64,000 bases of DNA from a virus (lineage: Duplodnaviria; Caudoviricetes), in IMG/VR virus record IMGVR_UViG_3300012983_000035, positions 40,796 through 104,795 of that record. One strand, written 5' to 3'. This document shows, in pieces, positions 19,433 through 30,888 of the stretch. The notes below the pieces were generated by a model. It was not told where the DNA came from. It saw only the letters and a program-made list of their open reading frames with translations, and searched no databases. A program made the position numbers and the translations under genes. Numbering within the stretch: the stretch's first letter is position 1; the number at the start of each line of letters is the position of its first letter.

Positions 19433-20992
19433 ATGGTTAATGGAACTATAGGAAGTAAATTGATGAATCGCCTTTTTAAAATGGGTGATCCTTTGGGAGG
19501 AGATAATGAGTTTATCCAATTCCCAGCTATACCGACAAAATATACTGTGTATAATGTATATTCTGGAACAATGGTAGAAGGCGTAAATGGAATGCCAGTT
19601 TTAAATGGTGGTCTGTTTGCACGATTATGCAATATTATCGGTGAATCTGGGTGTGGTAAAACTTCTGTTTTGATTGGTAAAGTTACATCATCTGTTGATT
19701 ATATTTGGAACAGATTTGGTCCAGGATATTCAGAAATATTTTACTGTGATCCTGAGAATAATACTCCTCCAAACCGTTTTATGAGTTTGGCTAGATGGTC
19801 TCCAGCAGATTTTATGAATAAATGTAATTATTCTAATAAACCTATTTCGTTGGTAGAACTAGCTAATATGATTTTAAAGATATATAATATTAAAACTACA
19901 TGTAAGAAAGATTATCTTTTGCCATCTGGATTACGTGATGTTGATGGTAGAGAAATCATGTTCTTGGCACCAACTTACATCTGTATAGACTCAGTTGCAC
20001 AGGTAAATCCAAATGGTGTAGAAGATCTATTACAGTTGGATAAGGCAGGGGAAGTTAAAGATAACGATAAACTTGGTTCCAATATGGAAGCTGCATTAGA
20101 TGCTAAAGCTTGGACTATCTTCGTTAGAAAAATTAAACCTTACCTTGATGGTGCAAATATTGGTCTTTATTGTATCAATCATAAAACAAAAGAAATGAAA
20201 GTAGGAATGTTTGATAAAGAAACTCGATATCTTCCGTTCTTAGGTATGGGTGAGAAGATTAAAGGTGGAAAAGAATTTATTTATCAGTCATTCAATATCT
20301 TTGATCTATCGTCTGGTGAAAAACTTAATGATAGAAACCCAATATATGGTCCAGATGTAAACGGATTCGTAGCAAATGCTTCTTTTGTTAAAAATAAATA
20401 TAATATCGAAGGAGCAAAATTCCCTATGGTATTTGACATGTCAAGAGGCTATATGCCAGAATTATCTGACATGGAATATTTGTGGCAGAAGAAGTTCGGA
20501 ATCCAAGGTTCAGTTAAACTAGCTTTGGACGTTTTACCTGAGATCCAGTTTACTAGACGTACACTTCTTGAAACTATTGAGGAATATCCTCAGTTGGCAA
20601 GAGCATTAGCATTTACTGCTAAATATCGAGCAACCCAAGAAATGATTTATGGTAATAAAAACATTTTACCATTGACTGAGCTTGGAACAAATGTTCCGCT
20701 TGAACAGCGTTTAGCTATGATTTATGCTTATACTGAATCATATTCGCCAAAAGACGATGTTGGAGAAATGTATACAAATTTCTCACAACTGGCAAATGAA
20801 AATAAACATTATTTCTGTTTCAATTTGCATGATGGATATTATAACAACAATATTATTTCTGAACCAAACGTTAAGGTCATCAGTAATGGATACACACCTA
20901 TTATTGGTAAAGGTGTTACACCTTTTGATAATGATGCTGAAAAAGTAGTTGGTTCAAAATATGTTATAGCTAATGAATATATAACTGCGTAA
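19433..20992 (+). CDS. uvsX: RecA/UvsX-like recombinase with C-terminal extension
   Basis: Walker A GESGCGKT, Walker B ICIDSVA, CINH, GGKEF. Confidence 0.8.
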   Translation: MVNGTIGSKLMNRLFKMGDPLGGDNEFIQFPAIPTKYTVYNVYSGTMVEGVNGMPVLNGGLFARLCNIIGESGCGKTSVLIGKVTSSVDYIWNRFGPGYSEIFYCDPENNTPPNRFMSLARWSPADFMNKCNYSNKPISLVELANMILKIYNIKTTCKKDYLLPSGLRDVDGREIMFLAPTYICIDSVAQVNPNGVEDLLQLDKAGEVKDNDKLGSNMEAALDAKAWTIFVRKIKPYLDGANIGLYCINHKTKEMKVGMFDKETRYLPFLGMGEKIKGGKEFIYQSFNIFDLSSGEKLNDRNPIYGPDVNGFVANASFVKNKYNIEGAKFPMVFDMSRGYMPELSDMEYLWQKKFGIQGSVKLALDVLPEIQFTRRTLLETIEEYPQLARALAFTAKYRATQEMIYGNKNILPLTELGTNVPLEQRLAMIYAYTESYSPKDDVGEMYTNFSQLANENKHYFCFNLHDGYYNNNIISEPNVKVISNGYTPIIGKGVTPFDNDAEKVVGSKYVIANEYITA

Positions 20993-21061
20993 ATTTGAAA
21001 TTGAAATATAATATGTACCTTGGATAAAACCAAGGTACATATTTTTATAGGAGGAACAACT

Positions 21062-21232
21062 ATGGATGAAATTTATTGTGAACCTGATTTTGATAAAGCA
21101 AATGAAACGATAGCTGAAATTAGAGAAAGTATGTTGACTGATGAAGATAGAAAACGAATAGAGGAAAAACGAAACACATTTCTACAATCTTTAACAGATG
21201 ATGATCTTAGAGATATGGGTAACAATTATTAA
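21062..21232 (+). CDS. Small acidic hypothetical protein
   Basis: AGGAGG SD before ATG 21062; 56 aa. Confidence 0.65.
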   Translation: MDEIYCEPDFDKANETIAEIRESMLTDEDRKRIEEKRNTFLQSLTDDDLRDMGNNY

Positions 21233-21281
21233 AAATCTATTATCTCTTTTACATTAAAATAGCCAATTTTATATTTAGATA

Positions 21282-21289
21282 TATATTAT
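21282..21289 (+). promoter_or_regulatory. Putative early (virion RNAP) promoter TATATTAT (representative site)
   Basis: Also at 16724, 30104, 32700, 43669, 52361, 56627, all intergenic and upstream of an SD; similar to phiKZ early TATATTAC. Confidence 0.55.
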
Positions 21290-21315
21290 TTAGATGAATA
21301 ATATGGAGGTAATTC

Positions 21316-23622
21316 ATGGTAACACAGCAACAACTTGAGGAGATTAATGCTGAGTATCCTAACGAAGATGCGTATAAAATAATGGGAGGGTTAAACTTAT
21401 CTTTACCACAGTTTCTTTCTGGAAACAGAGGAGTAATGGCAAATCAATTCTTTGAACACATGATCCCTTTAATTAATCCAGAAATAAACACGATGCCTAC
21501 TGGTTTTGAAAAAGTGTATGGAAAATATACCGATTCATACAAGACAGCTGACGCTGATTACAAAGTATTAGCTGTTGTTCCAAAATTTTCTATAACTGGT
21601 AGATTCAAATATGTATATCTTTTGCAAAATATTTTGACAAAAGTTTATACTATTGTTGAAATGTCACACTACGAGTGTCTATCAGAAGATCAAGGATATC
21701 TTAGACCATACACATCTGGTGACAATTATGTGCCAGGAGACACAATTAAGAAAGGTTCACTTCTTTATAAGAGCAATAATCATGATGAATATGGAAACTA
21801 TAGATACGGGTTAAACTTAAATGCTTGTTTCATTTCATTGGCAGAAAATGAAGAAGATTCTATCATTATTTCTGATGAATGTTATGAAAGAGCATCGTTC
21901 TATAATTTCAAACAAACTCCTATAGTTTTGAATAAGAATCAGAAATTGCTTAATTTATATGGTGATGATAAGTTTTACAAGTGTTTTCCTGATATTGGTG
22001 AACACGTTAAAGACGGTATTCTTTATGCTAAAAGAAACGTCAATTATGACAATGCTGCTGCTGAATTAACTGACGCAGCATTAAGAAGAATAGTTTCATC
22101 CGATGAAGTGTGTAGAGGCGAAGGATATGTGGCCGATATAGATATCTTTATCAATGATGTTTCTGAGTTCGAAGATAGCGGATGTAATACCCAGTTATTG
22201 AAATATTATTCCGCTTCTATGGAATATCATCAGAAAATATTTAATTTGTTAGATCCTATTGTAAATGCTAAAACGAACAATCATGTTCAATATACTCATG
22301 AATTAAGAGTAGCATACGATCATGCTGTAGTTTATCTTGATAAAAATCAAAATAGAAAATGGATAAACAACTCCAATTCAGAGTTTGAATTTGCATATAT
22401 TGTTATAACTACTTACGAAAAGAAAAGTGCATTCAATGGATTTAAGATGACAGACTTGTTCGGTGGAAAAGGTGTAGTATCTTGTATTTGGCCTAAGGAA
22501 AATATGCCTAGAGACGAATACGGAAATGTTGCAGATATTATTCTATCTCCACCAGGTGTACCTGGTCGTGGAAATCCAGGTCAGTTATACATGTGTGAAT
22601 ATAACTTTATTTCTGGTGAAGTATGTAAGAGAATTCAAAAACTTCCAACACTCCAACAGAAAATCAGCCTTTTAATAGAATTTGCCAATGATGTTAATCC
22701 TGAAGAAGGAGAGGCATTATACGCATTCTTATCACAAAAGACCGATGAAGAAAAGATGTATTTCTTTGAAGATATGTATAAGACTGGTCTGTTGGCTATT
22801 GAAAAGCCTTTTGGAGGAACAATTTCTCTTGAAAATCTAGATTATCTTTATACGAAATATAAAGTTAAACCTGGTAAAATCACAATGAAGAGAGAATTTA
22901 AAGATCCTTTCACAGGTTTGAAAATAGATAATATGGATGCACCTGCTATAACAGGATCAATTTCTGGAAGTAGTAAAGAATTCTTAAAACCTATATCAGA
23001 CGTACTTGATAAAGGAGCTACACCTTATGACACAAATAAGAAAGAAAAATATGTGTTTAAGGAAAACGGTTTAGCACCTATGATGACCCAAGATGGTAGA
23101 ATTGAATATACTACTATTAATAATGAACGGGCAAATCTTGTACCAGTTAAAGCTGAAATAAATAAAGATGGATTCTTGGTTAGAACCTATCAAAGTGAGA
23201 AAAATGTAATTATTGGTAAAAAATATTACGTTATTTTGAAACAGAATCCGGATGATAAATTTTCAGCAAGATCATTAGGTTCAACAAATCAAGTTGGTAT
23301 TCCTAATAAACCTAGTAAACAAGTTAATATGATGAGTCCATATTCTAAATCAGCAATTAGAAATGGTGAAATGGAATCAGACAATTTATTTACTCGATTG
23401 GATCCAGATATTGTTCATAGATATATGGCAACACATTCTACTAACCCATACATGATAGAGATGCTTGGTAAAATGTTGTTAACAAAAGATCCGCTCCAAG
23501 TACATGATTTGGAATTGGACGATGATGAAATTTACGACGATGTTCCAGCCGTAATGTTTCACTCGTACCTTTATAGCATAGGTATAGAAATTCAACCTAT
23601 ATACAAAAAAGAGAAACTTTAA
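21316..23622 (+). CDS. Phage multisubunit RNA polymerase beta subunit, C-terminal part (probably non-virion RNAP)
   Basis: NRGVMANQ, EDSIIISD, FKMTDLFGGKGVVS (cf. GDKM..RHGNKGV), MPRDEYG..ADIILSPPGVPGRGNPGQ, IRNGEMESD. Confidence 0.9.
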   Translation: MVTQQQLEEINAEYPNEDAYKIMGGLNLSLPQFLSGNRGVMANQFFEHMIPLINPEINTMPTGFEKVYGKYTDSYKTADADYKVLAVVPKFSITGRFKYVYLLQNILTKVYTIVEMSHYECLSEDQGYLRPYTSGDNYVPGDTIKKGSLLYKSNNHDEYGNYRYGLNLNACFISLAENEEDSIIISDECYERASFYNFKQTPIVLNKNQKLLNLYGDDKFYKCFPDIGEHVKDGILYAKRNVNYDNAAAELTDAALRRIVSSDEVCRGEGYVADIDIFINDVSEFEDSGCNTQLLKYYSASMEYHQKIFNLLDPIVNAKTNNHVQYTHELRVAYDHAVVYLDKNQNRKWINNSNSEFEFAYIVITTYEKKSAFNGFKMTDLFGGKGVVSCIWPKENMPRDEYGNVADIILSPPGVPGRGNPGQLYMCEYNFISGEVCKRIQKLPTLQQKISLLIEFANDVNPEEGEALYAFLSQKTDEEKMYFFEDMYKTGLLAIEKPFGGTISLENLDYLYTKYKVKPGKITMKREFKDPFTGLKIDNMDAPAITGSISGSSKEFLKPISDVLDKGATPYDTNKKEKYVFKENGLAPMMTQDGRIEYTTINNERANLVPVKAEINKDGFLVRTYQSEKNVIIGKKYYVILKQNPDDKFSARSLGSTNQVGIPNKPSKQVNMMSPYSKSAIRNGEMESDNLFTRLDPDIVHRYMATHSTNPYMIEMLGKMLLTKDPLQVHDLELDDDEIYDDVPAVMFHSYLYSIGIEIQPIYKKEKL

Positions 23623-23631
23623 GGAGTTAGC

Positions 23632-24306
23632 ATGTTTCAAAATCAAATTACTTCAGCAACAGAAATGTTGTTATCATTGAGAGAAAAAGACGACTTTAGA
23701 ATCTCAATGTTCAAAGACGTTATGTTCTCAGATGACATTGGTGGACTTTGTGAAAACAGGGTATTCAAGGGCATTGGTAAAGACGATTCAGATGTAACTT
23801 TACCTAAAGCTAAACCTAATGATATTATGACATACATGATGGTATCTGATCAAAGTGCAATCAGAATGTCAATTGAAAATAATATCAGAAATATCCAGAA
23901 TCTAAAAGCTGCCGGTAAGATGGAATCAGGATCCGACGTATGGGTTCTTTTGTTTGAAAATCCAAATGAAAAGGATGAAGATCAGAATATTAGAACATCT
24001 GTTTATTGTAATCCTACATCTGAAGATTGTGGTTCTCTTATTAAAGGTGACCGTGAAGTATTAGCTTGCTTCTTTGTATCAATCTATTCTTTCAAACAAG
24101 CTGATGGAAACAATAGATATTCTGCCGATTGGACGATGTTATCTCCTGGTGACCCATCATGCATCAATGAATATAATAAAACTATTGTTGAAGCCGAATG
24201 TAATGTGTTGAAAAACATGTTCTGGTTAGATTTCAATAAAGAATTCCAGAAACATTCTGAAGAGATAATGAACAAAGTTAATGTTGTAGCAGCTATCGAT
24301 ATGTAG
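23632..24306 (+). CDS. Hypothetical protein
   Basis: AAGGAG SD; 224 aa; followed by terminator hairpin at 24317-24348. Confidence 0.75.
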   Translation: MFQNQITSATEMLLSLREKDDFRISMFKDVMFSDDIGGLCENRVFKGIGKDDSDVTLPKAKPNDIMTYMMVSDQSAIRMSIENNIRNIQNLKAAGKMESGSDVWVLLFENPNEKDEDQNIRTSVYCNPTSEDCGSLIKGDREVLACFFVSIYSFKQADGNNRYSADWTMLSPGDPSCINEYNKTIVEAECNVLKNMFWLDFNKEFQKHSEEIMNKVNVVAAIDM

Positions 24307-24420
24307 TAAGTGTAATATCTAGGAGGTTTTATCCTCCTAGATTTTTTTATTATTTGTTCTATAAATATAATAAAAATGACATTAGAATGATTCAAATAGC
24401 TGTAAAAATGGAGTTTAATT

Positions 24421-25932
24421 ATGAATATTTATAATTCTGAAGATAAACTCGTTAAACGAATAGATTCAATAAGTGATGATATGGCTAGATTTATATCTAA
24501 AGAAGGTTGTAATCAGTTCCCGACAGTCTTATTTTTAATAAACAGAATGTTTGTAAGTGATGAAATAAACCTTATAACGGATCTTAATTTAGGTATAAAA
24601 CTTAAAAAAGGCGATAATTACTATTGGTATAAATCTAGTAGTTTTTATGAGAATCTACAAGACGTAATAAAATATATTTTACCAAATACAAAACTGTTTG
24701 TTACTAAAACGTCACCTATTAGTGATATCAAACGTATCTTTAATATAGATGGTATAAAAAATTATTTTTTGACTAGCAATAAGTTGTATTATGGGTCTAT
24801 TGATAATTATTATGAGATACCATTTGGTTTTAATGATATTGGTGATATTTTAAATATATTTACTATAAAAGAGAACACAGATTGTATTCTAACTAAACAC
24901 AATATTTATTTTATAGATATATCAAATAAAACAGTTAGTAAAAAATATTCTGATGATTCTGTTACATTTAAAGATATATGTTATAGTGGAGATACTGTTG
25001 TTTTAGCAACAAGTAAAAGAGGTAAAGTTTTAACAGGTTTGTCCACAGGAAACTTAACATACGATTATGATTTAGAATATTATTTCAGTATTGTACCTAG
25101 TATTGATCCAGATGGATTAGACATAAGTACTACTAATACAAATGGTATGCCGCCTGATGAAAATGTTGATAGATGTTTTATTTCTGGTGATTACATATAT
25201 ATCGGTAATTCAACCACAATAGCAAAATTTAAATTAGGTGAATCTTCGGATTATGGGGTTAAAGCAGATGTAAACGTTGATTTACATAGATGTAAAGGAA
25301 ATAGCGAGATTATCTGTAAATCTGTTATATCCGTTACACCTTCTATACCTATTGTACCTGGTGAAAATATACAAATTAAATCGACATATACATTTAAAGG
25401 TAAAACTATAACCACGATCGATAAAACTTATACTGATTTATTAGTGGAAGATGATGCAATTTTTGCTATATCTGGTTCAACAATAGATTGTTATAATAAT
25501 GGTGGAACAACACCATTGTTTACATTTAATACATCAAATGGTTTTGATTCTATAAAAGATTTGGCATTTGATATAAATGACAATATCATTATTTTATCAA
25601 ATTCTAATAAATTGTATGAGACTATTAAAATAAACGATGCTGCTTATCCTATAAAGTTTTTACCTATAAAGTTCATATTTGATGAAGATAAAGATACTAA
25701 AGTTTTGAATTGTGAAAACAAGACATTGTCTATTAGAGAAATGATATTGTGCTCACTTTCATCAACAAAATATGATTCTGTATTGGGTAAATCTAATGGA
25801 CAAAAAGCTACGTTCATGTGTATATACGTAAAGAAATCAAACGTACAAACTTTCATCTATTTTGGTAACGATAATCGTCAAGAGAAAGCGATTGCTGTTA
25901 AAAAATGCTGTGATGCGTTTGATATAGGGTAA
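24421..25932 (+). CDS. Putative structural protein (beta-propeller-like)
   Basis: Late motif at 24379; GGAG SD; beta-rich 503 aa. Confidence 0.5.
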   Translation: MNIYNSEDKLVKRIDSISDDMARFISKEGCNQFPTVLFLINRMFVSDEINLITDLNLGIKLKKGDNYYWYKSSSFYENLQDVIKYILPNTKLFVTKTSPISDIKRIFNIDGIKNYFLTSNKLYYGSIDNYYEIPFGFNDIGDILNIFTIKENTDCILTKHNIYFIDISNKTVSKKYSDDSVTFKDICYSGDTVVLATSKRGKVLTGLSTGNLTYDYDLEYYFSIVPSIDPDGLDISTTNTNGMPPDENVDRCFISGDYIYIGNSTTIAKFKLGESSDYGVKADVNVDLHRCKGNSEIICKSVISVTPSIPIVPGENIQIKSTYTFKGKTITTIDKTYTDLLVEDDAIFAISGSTIDCYNNGGTTPLFTFNTSNGFDSIKDLAFDINDNIIILSNSNKLYETIKINDAAYPIKFLPIKFIFDEDKDTKVLNCENKTLSIREMILCSLSSTKYDSVLGKSNGQKATFMCIYVKKSNVQTFIYFGNDNRQEKAIAVKKCCDAFDIG

Positions 25933-25936
25933 CAAT

Positions 25937-26626
25937 ATGAAAGGTGATGTATCTAAAACAGACCTATTGAATCTAAATAGTGTCGAAAAAGATAATGGAA
26001 ATATTGTAGTTGGACGTACAGGGTATGAGAAATTTATACATCTTCCTTTAAATAAAAAGGATAAATATTTTATGAATCCGGTAGATTTTATAAAATTTAT
26101 AAAAGATGTAGAATCTTTAGTTAGGAAATCTAAAGAGTATTCTCGATATATTGCTTATCTAAAAAACGAAGTAGGTTTGCGAAGTTGTGCATTGTTTCAC
26201 AATATAGATGATAGTGTTGCTCCAATTGAAATGCATCACGGTCCTATTTTTACATTGTACGACATATCTGAGATACAGATTGCACACATGTTCGTTCACG
26301 GCGAAGCAATAAATTCAATGTCTGTTGCAAATAATGTGTTGAAAGACCATTTTGATAATATAATCCAAGTAACGATGCTTTGTGAAATGGCACATAAAGG
26401 TGTCCACAGTTTTGCTAAAACTAAAGATTCAAAATTCTTTCTATCTGCTGACGGTTCATTTGGAGATTTTAGAAAATTTGTTGAAAAATATAAAGATTCT
26501 TTAACGGTTCAACATGTTGCTAAAATAAAGAACTATTTTAAATTGTATAATGAATATTCTGAAACTAAAAATAGTTCACCAATGTTTGAGGCAGTTATGA
26601 CAATGTGGCAAGATAAATTTAAATAG
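25937..26626 (+). CDS. HNH-like protein (paralog of 18031-18780)
   Basis: RKSKEY..YI.YLK...C...IEMHHGPIFTLYD...LCEMAHKGVH. Confidence 0.55.
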   Translation: MKGDVSKTDLLNLNSVEKDNGNIVVGRTGYEKFIHLPLNKKDKYFMNPVDFIKFIKDVESLVRKSKEYSRYIAYLKNEVGLRSCALFHNIDDSVAPIEMHHGPIFTLYDISEIQIAHMFVHGEAINSMSVANNVLKDHFDNIIQVTMLCEMAHKGVHSFAKTKDSKFFLSADGSFGDFRKFVEKYKDSLTVQHVAKIKNYFKLYNEYSETKNSSPMFEAVMTMWQDKFK

Positions 26627-26641
26627 AATTAGGAGAGTAAA

Positions 26642-29146
26642 ATGAATATAGAATCAGTATTGCTTTCCAAAAATAGAGATGCTTTTAATCGTGTTATTGA
26701 TATTATGAGAAGTTTGATTGTAAAGAATGAAGCTGAGGCTGAAGCTGCTGAAAGTGTAGAAACTGCTGATGCTTATGATAGATATTCTTATGCAGTAGAA
26801 GGTACAGATTCTGTACTAGATTACAATTTAAGTATAACTGATTTACTTGAAGCCGGATTTACAGAATCCAGTGCAAAAGAATATATGGTTTATCCTAAGA
26901 AACTTCAAACTTTATTAATGTATAATAACGATAATGCTAAAGCTTTGATATCTAAAAAAAGAAAAGAAAGAATAGATGCTTATGTTGAAAATAATGTTTA
27001 TTATAGACCATTCTGCGGATTGCCACAAGATGAAAGTCAATATATACCAATAACAAATAGTGACAAAGTATCTGATAGTGATCCTGACATTATATATTTG
27101 CATGAAGTGAATTATGTGTCTTATCCTAAAACATATAACCGTCTGTTCTACGAACGAGATATCGATAAAGTATATGAAGATTTTGATTATTTGTATCTTA
27201 CGTTTTTGGAATCTCCTATGAAACCATATGAGATTAGAAATAAGAAACAATTTGACATATGTTATTATGATAAGAACGCGTTGAATGCTAATGAATATGA
27301 TTATTTTTTCGAAGCATATAATATAGCTAGAAATGAAATAATGTCGTTAGATTATATATCGGCTTTTGAGAAAACATATTCTGCATATTCGAATACGATG
27401 TTTATGTTTATATTATATTACACGTTCAATCTTTATTGTGCAAAATCTATGGAAAGATATTCTGTCAGAGATTACACAGATGATGAGATATATGATATAT
27501 TGGATTCAAATGGATTAAGTAAACTTAAAACTCTTGATATGGGTTTATTGAAACGTGTAGTTAAGAATCTACCTAATATTAAAGCAAATATAGGTACTAA
27601 TAAAATTATTGATATTATCTTTGATATAGTTGCAGATAAAACATTGACTGTAAAACGATATTATTTGCAAAAGAAATATAATATAGACGCATTAGGTAAC
27701 ACTGTTGTGTTTAAAGATAATGGTTTATATTCCAATCAAGTTGATTTAATCTTCCAAGAAAAAACGATTAAACAAGGTGATAACGCTACATTTACCCAAG
27801 ATGGTCAATATGATTACATGGATATTGTAATACAAGATGATACTTGGGGAGCAACACATGATATCACTATAGATCAGAAGGAAAAGATTAAGACAGAGAT
27901 GAAAAAGCAATTACTTGAGGCAGATTTTTCAAGTATTATGACTAAATACATAGGTATAAGTAAAATTATAGATATGTATGTTAAAACCATTGATGCTAAT
28001 GATAAATTAGGGATCTTATATCAGTTGAATGATCTTCGTGGAAATTTTTTAAAAGACGATATGGTTCTATATAATGGTACGGAAGTTCATGCTTTGTCCA
28101 TATATGCTGCTTGGTGTTTAATGTATGGGACATTAAACGGGTTAACTGACCCGGATTATATAATAAAAAATGTAAGCACTATTGAAGGTATAATGAAACT
28201 TAGACGAAATAGTGATATACCTAATGAAGTTGATAGGATGCGAGATACAGTTATTGATCTTGGAAACGGATACAACAAAACTTTAGGAGATTATCTTAGT
28301 GATAAAGAAATATCAGAATATTTAGTAGGTTTCAATTTTGATGCTACTACTCCTATAGAAGACATTGTGTCGCAATATGATGAAAATTATGAAATAATAG
28401 AACGAATAAAGAACAACTTGAATAAGCAGTCTAATTATGATGAATATGTTGTGTGGGAAACAATACTTAAAGCAAACAACACAAGTGCAAATATAAATGC
28501 TTTATTTGGTGGTTTTAATACTTATTCTTCATATATAAGAACTTATGATCCGGAGTTCTATAAATATATAGAATCTATATCATCAGGTGTTGAAAGAGAT
28601 ACATTGGTGACTGTTGTAAAAACATTGAAAGATTCTTTTTCAGGGTATATTAGAGAAAAATCTAATTCTACGATAGATATGATCATTGATGAAGAAGATG
28701 CCGCAGGCGAGCAGAGTCTTGAAGATATAAGTATCTTATTAAATCAGTTTATGTCTTGTTATGACCAACTGTTATCACAAGAGTTTCATGTAGGGTATGA
28801 TGATCCTGATGAAAACTCGTTAGTTTTATTATATGCTTCATTTAGAGATATATTTATTTTATCTTCCTCAGAATTTTTAGAATTGAAAGATTCTATTATT
28901 TTGGACAAAATTAAAACATTTGTTGATGAAGATTATTTGGAATTAATTCATAAAATCACTGATAACATTAGTGATGAGAAATATGAAGATCTTTCTTTGG
29001 ATTACGAATTTATATCAGACTTCATGAAAGAAATCTTCAGAGAATATATAGAAATATATTATATCAAACAAAGAGATATAATCAAATCTAAACCAAGTTG
29101 TAAACTTGTTCTTGAACACGAAATTGTTAATATAGAGGAGTTATAA
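26642..29146 (+). CDS. Putative baseplate/virion structural protein
   Basis: AGGAG SD; 834 aa in late operon; YVENNVYYR and IGTNKII segments. Confidence 0.5.
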   Translation: MNIESVLLSKNRDAFNRVIDIMRSLIVKNEAEAEAAESVETADAYDRYSYAVEGTDSVLDYNLSITDLLEAGFTESSAKEYMVYPKKLQTLLMYNNDNAKALISKKRKERIDAYVENNVYYRPFCGLPQDESQYIPITNSDKVSDSDPDIIYLHEVNYVSYPKTYNRLFYERDIDKVYEDFDYLYLTFLESPMKPYEIRNKKQFDICYYDKNALNANEYDYFFEAYNIARNEIMSLDYISAFEKTYSAYSNTMFMFILYYTFNLYCAKSMERYSVRDYTDDEIYDILDSNGLSKLKTLDMGLLKRVVKNLPNIKANIGTNKIIDIIFDIVADKTLTVKRYYLQKKYNIDALGNTVVFKDNGLYSNQVDLIFQEKTIKQGDNATFTQDGQYDYMDIVIQDDTWGATHDITIDQKEKIKTEMKKQLLEADFSSIMTKYIGISKIIDMYVKTIDANDKLGILYQLNDLRGNFLKDDMVLYNGTEVHALSIYAAWCLMYGTLNGLTDPDYIIKNVSTIEGIMKLRRNSDIPNEVDRMRDTVIDLGNGYNKTLGDYLSDKEISEYLVGFNFDATTPIEDIVSQYDENYEIIERIKNNLNKQSNYDEYVVWETILKANNTSANINALFGGFNTYSSYIRTYDPEFYKYIESISSGVERDTLVTVVKTLKDSFSGYIREKSNSTIDMIIDEEDAAGEQSLEDISILLNQFMSCYDQLLSQEFHVGYDDPDENSLVLLYASFRDIFILSSSEFLELKDSIILDKIKTFVDEDYLELIHKITDNISDEKYEDLSLDYEFISDFMKEIFREYIEIYYIKQRDIIKSKPSCKLVLEHEIVNIEEL

Positions 29147-30040
29147 ATGAAACATACTATACCGTTAGATAATGATAAAAATGTACAGCGTTCTTTTTAC
29201 GAAGATGGATTTAGTGTAGAAGATCTTTGTTCATGCGGTACAAAAACAAGAGTTATGATCAAAGATTCTAAAACAGGAAAAGTATTGTTCGATGGTCACA
29301 ATACCACTGTTCTAGGTGGTCGTTTGCACCTTCTAGAAAAATCATTTGGTATTACACCTGATATTACACAACATCTTACATTGAATACTATTATGGGTAT
29401 TGAACATTCTGAAACAAATAGAGTTTTCCAGAATAAGATCGATAGAGATGCTATTTACTTTATGGCTGGAAAGGGAGCTTCATCAGTTGCTGTTCCAGGT
29501 AAAGTTTTCTCTCCTAAAAATTATGAAACAAAACTTTATGATGCTATTCCATTCCGTATGGTACCAGTATCAAATGACTTGTCGGCATCCGAACAAGAAC
29601 AATATCGTTTGAGAAAGATTGTTTCTTATGGTGGAGTAGATTATGCTGCATATTATGCTAAGAAATTTGATGCTGGTGTAATTAACCTAGAATACAATGA
29701 TGCAGCTTATTCTCCACTTGAATCAGATACTGTTCCTGTAGATGAAAACGATTCTTCACATAGACTTGCTGGTGGATCAGTGTTAGCTTATATCCAGTTT
29801 ACATTGACTATTACTGAAGAAGAACTTAAAGAATATTTCCGTATTACTAATGGTTCTCTTTCTGGAGCAGTAATGAATGAAATTGGTTTGGTTCTTGGTG
29901 CTGATCTCGCAAATACTCTTGACAATGGTAGAAAAGAATTAAGTAATGCTGAATTATTTGCTAAAATTGTTTCTTCTAACGTAGCAATGGATTCAGATTC
30001 TGTTTCTCGTATCGTTGAATATCGTGTATATGCTCGATAA
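29147..30040 (+). CDS. Putative tail/baseplate structural protein
   Basis: HNTTVLGGR...IPFR...YYAKKF...NEIGL pattern typical of tail/baseplate modules; terminator at 30050-30083. Confidence 0.55.
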   Translation: MKHTIPLDNDKNVQRSFYEDGFSVEDLCSCGTKTRVMIKDSKTGKVLFDGHNTTVLGGRLHLLEKSFGITPDITQHLTLNTIMGIEHSETNRVFQNKIDRDAIYFMAGKGASSVAVPGKVFSPKNYETKLYDAIPFRMVPVSNDLSASEQEQYRLRKIVSYGGVDYAAYYAKKFDAGVINLEYNDAAYSPLESDTVPVDENDSSHRLAGGSVLAYIQFTLTITEEELKEYFRITNGSLSGAVMNEIGLVLGADLANTLDNGRKELSNAELFAKIVSSNVAMDSDSVSRIVEYRVYAR

Positions 30041-30125
30041 TAATTAAACAATGTAACACAGGTTAAATCCTGTGTTACATATTTTAGTATTATTTTTATT
30101 ACATATATTATGAAGGAGTTTAAAA

Positions 30126-30755
30126 ATGAATATACTTGAAAAAATAGAATCTAGACAATTTAATCCTGGTGATTATGTTGCACATTTCAAACACATTAAT
30201 TTATCGGATAATAACGATAACCCTATGAAATATCTATATCAGGTAGAAACTATAGCTAGAGATTGTGACAATCCTAATAAAGCTATTGTGATATATCGAC
30301 AACTGTATTCGGAAGGCGATTTAAAAGAAGGAACTGTATGGGCTAGACCTTATAAAGATTTTGTATCAGAAATATCACCATATAAATATTTTGACAATGT
30401 TGTAAGTAAATATGGATGTAAGGTTAAAGTTTTTGTAGGGGTTGATACAGATGATAAAAATGTATTATCTAGTTATCCTAATCGATATGTTTTGGTTGAA
30501 AATGGCACTCATATATTTGTGTATTCTGATATTTTTCTGGATTTTACACAAATTGAAATGTGCATTAGAAGACACATTGTTAAAGATGAAGAGTTTGCTG
30601 AAAGTAGGATTAAATCATATCATGATCTTTTTAAGAACTTTTCAACACAATATAGATTTAGAAAAGTTTCTAGCAATTATGTTAAACGGTGTAGTGAACT
30701 AGTGTTCGCTTTACAAGAAGCTAAATTATTGACTGAATTTGATAAAACGGAATAA
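30126..30755 (+). CDS. DUF1653-like protein
   Basis: HFKH...YQV..IA.D.....VIYRQLY...WARPY.DF.SE...QYRF. Confidence 0.8.
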   Translation: MNILEKIESRQFNPGDYVAHFKHINLSDNNDNPMKYLYQVETIARDCDNPNKAIVIYRQLYSEGDLKEGTVWARPYKDFVSEISPYKYFDNVVSKYGCKVKVFVGVDTDDKNVLSSYPNRYVLVENGTHIFVYSDIFLDFTQIEMCIRRHIVKDEEFAESRIKSYHDLFKNFSTQYRFRKVSSNYVKRCSELVFALQEAKLLTEFDKTE

Positions 30756-30888
30756 CTTATAGCACGGGTAAAATGCCCGTGTTTTTTTTCATTTAAACTA
30801 AAAAATAAACTAGTTAATATATATGTGATAGAAAGGTATAAAGATCTTTCTTAAATTAATATAATAATTGGCTGTGGGAGGTCCAACA

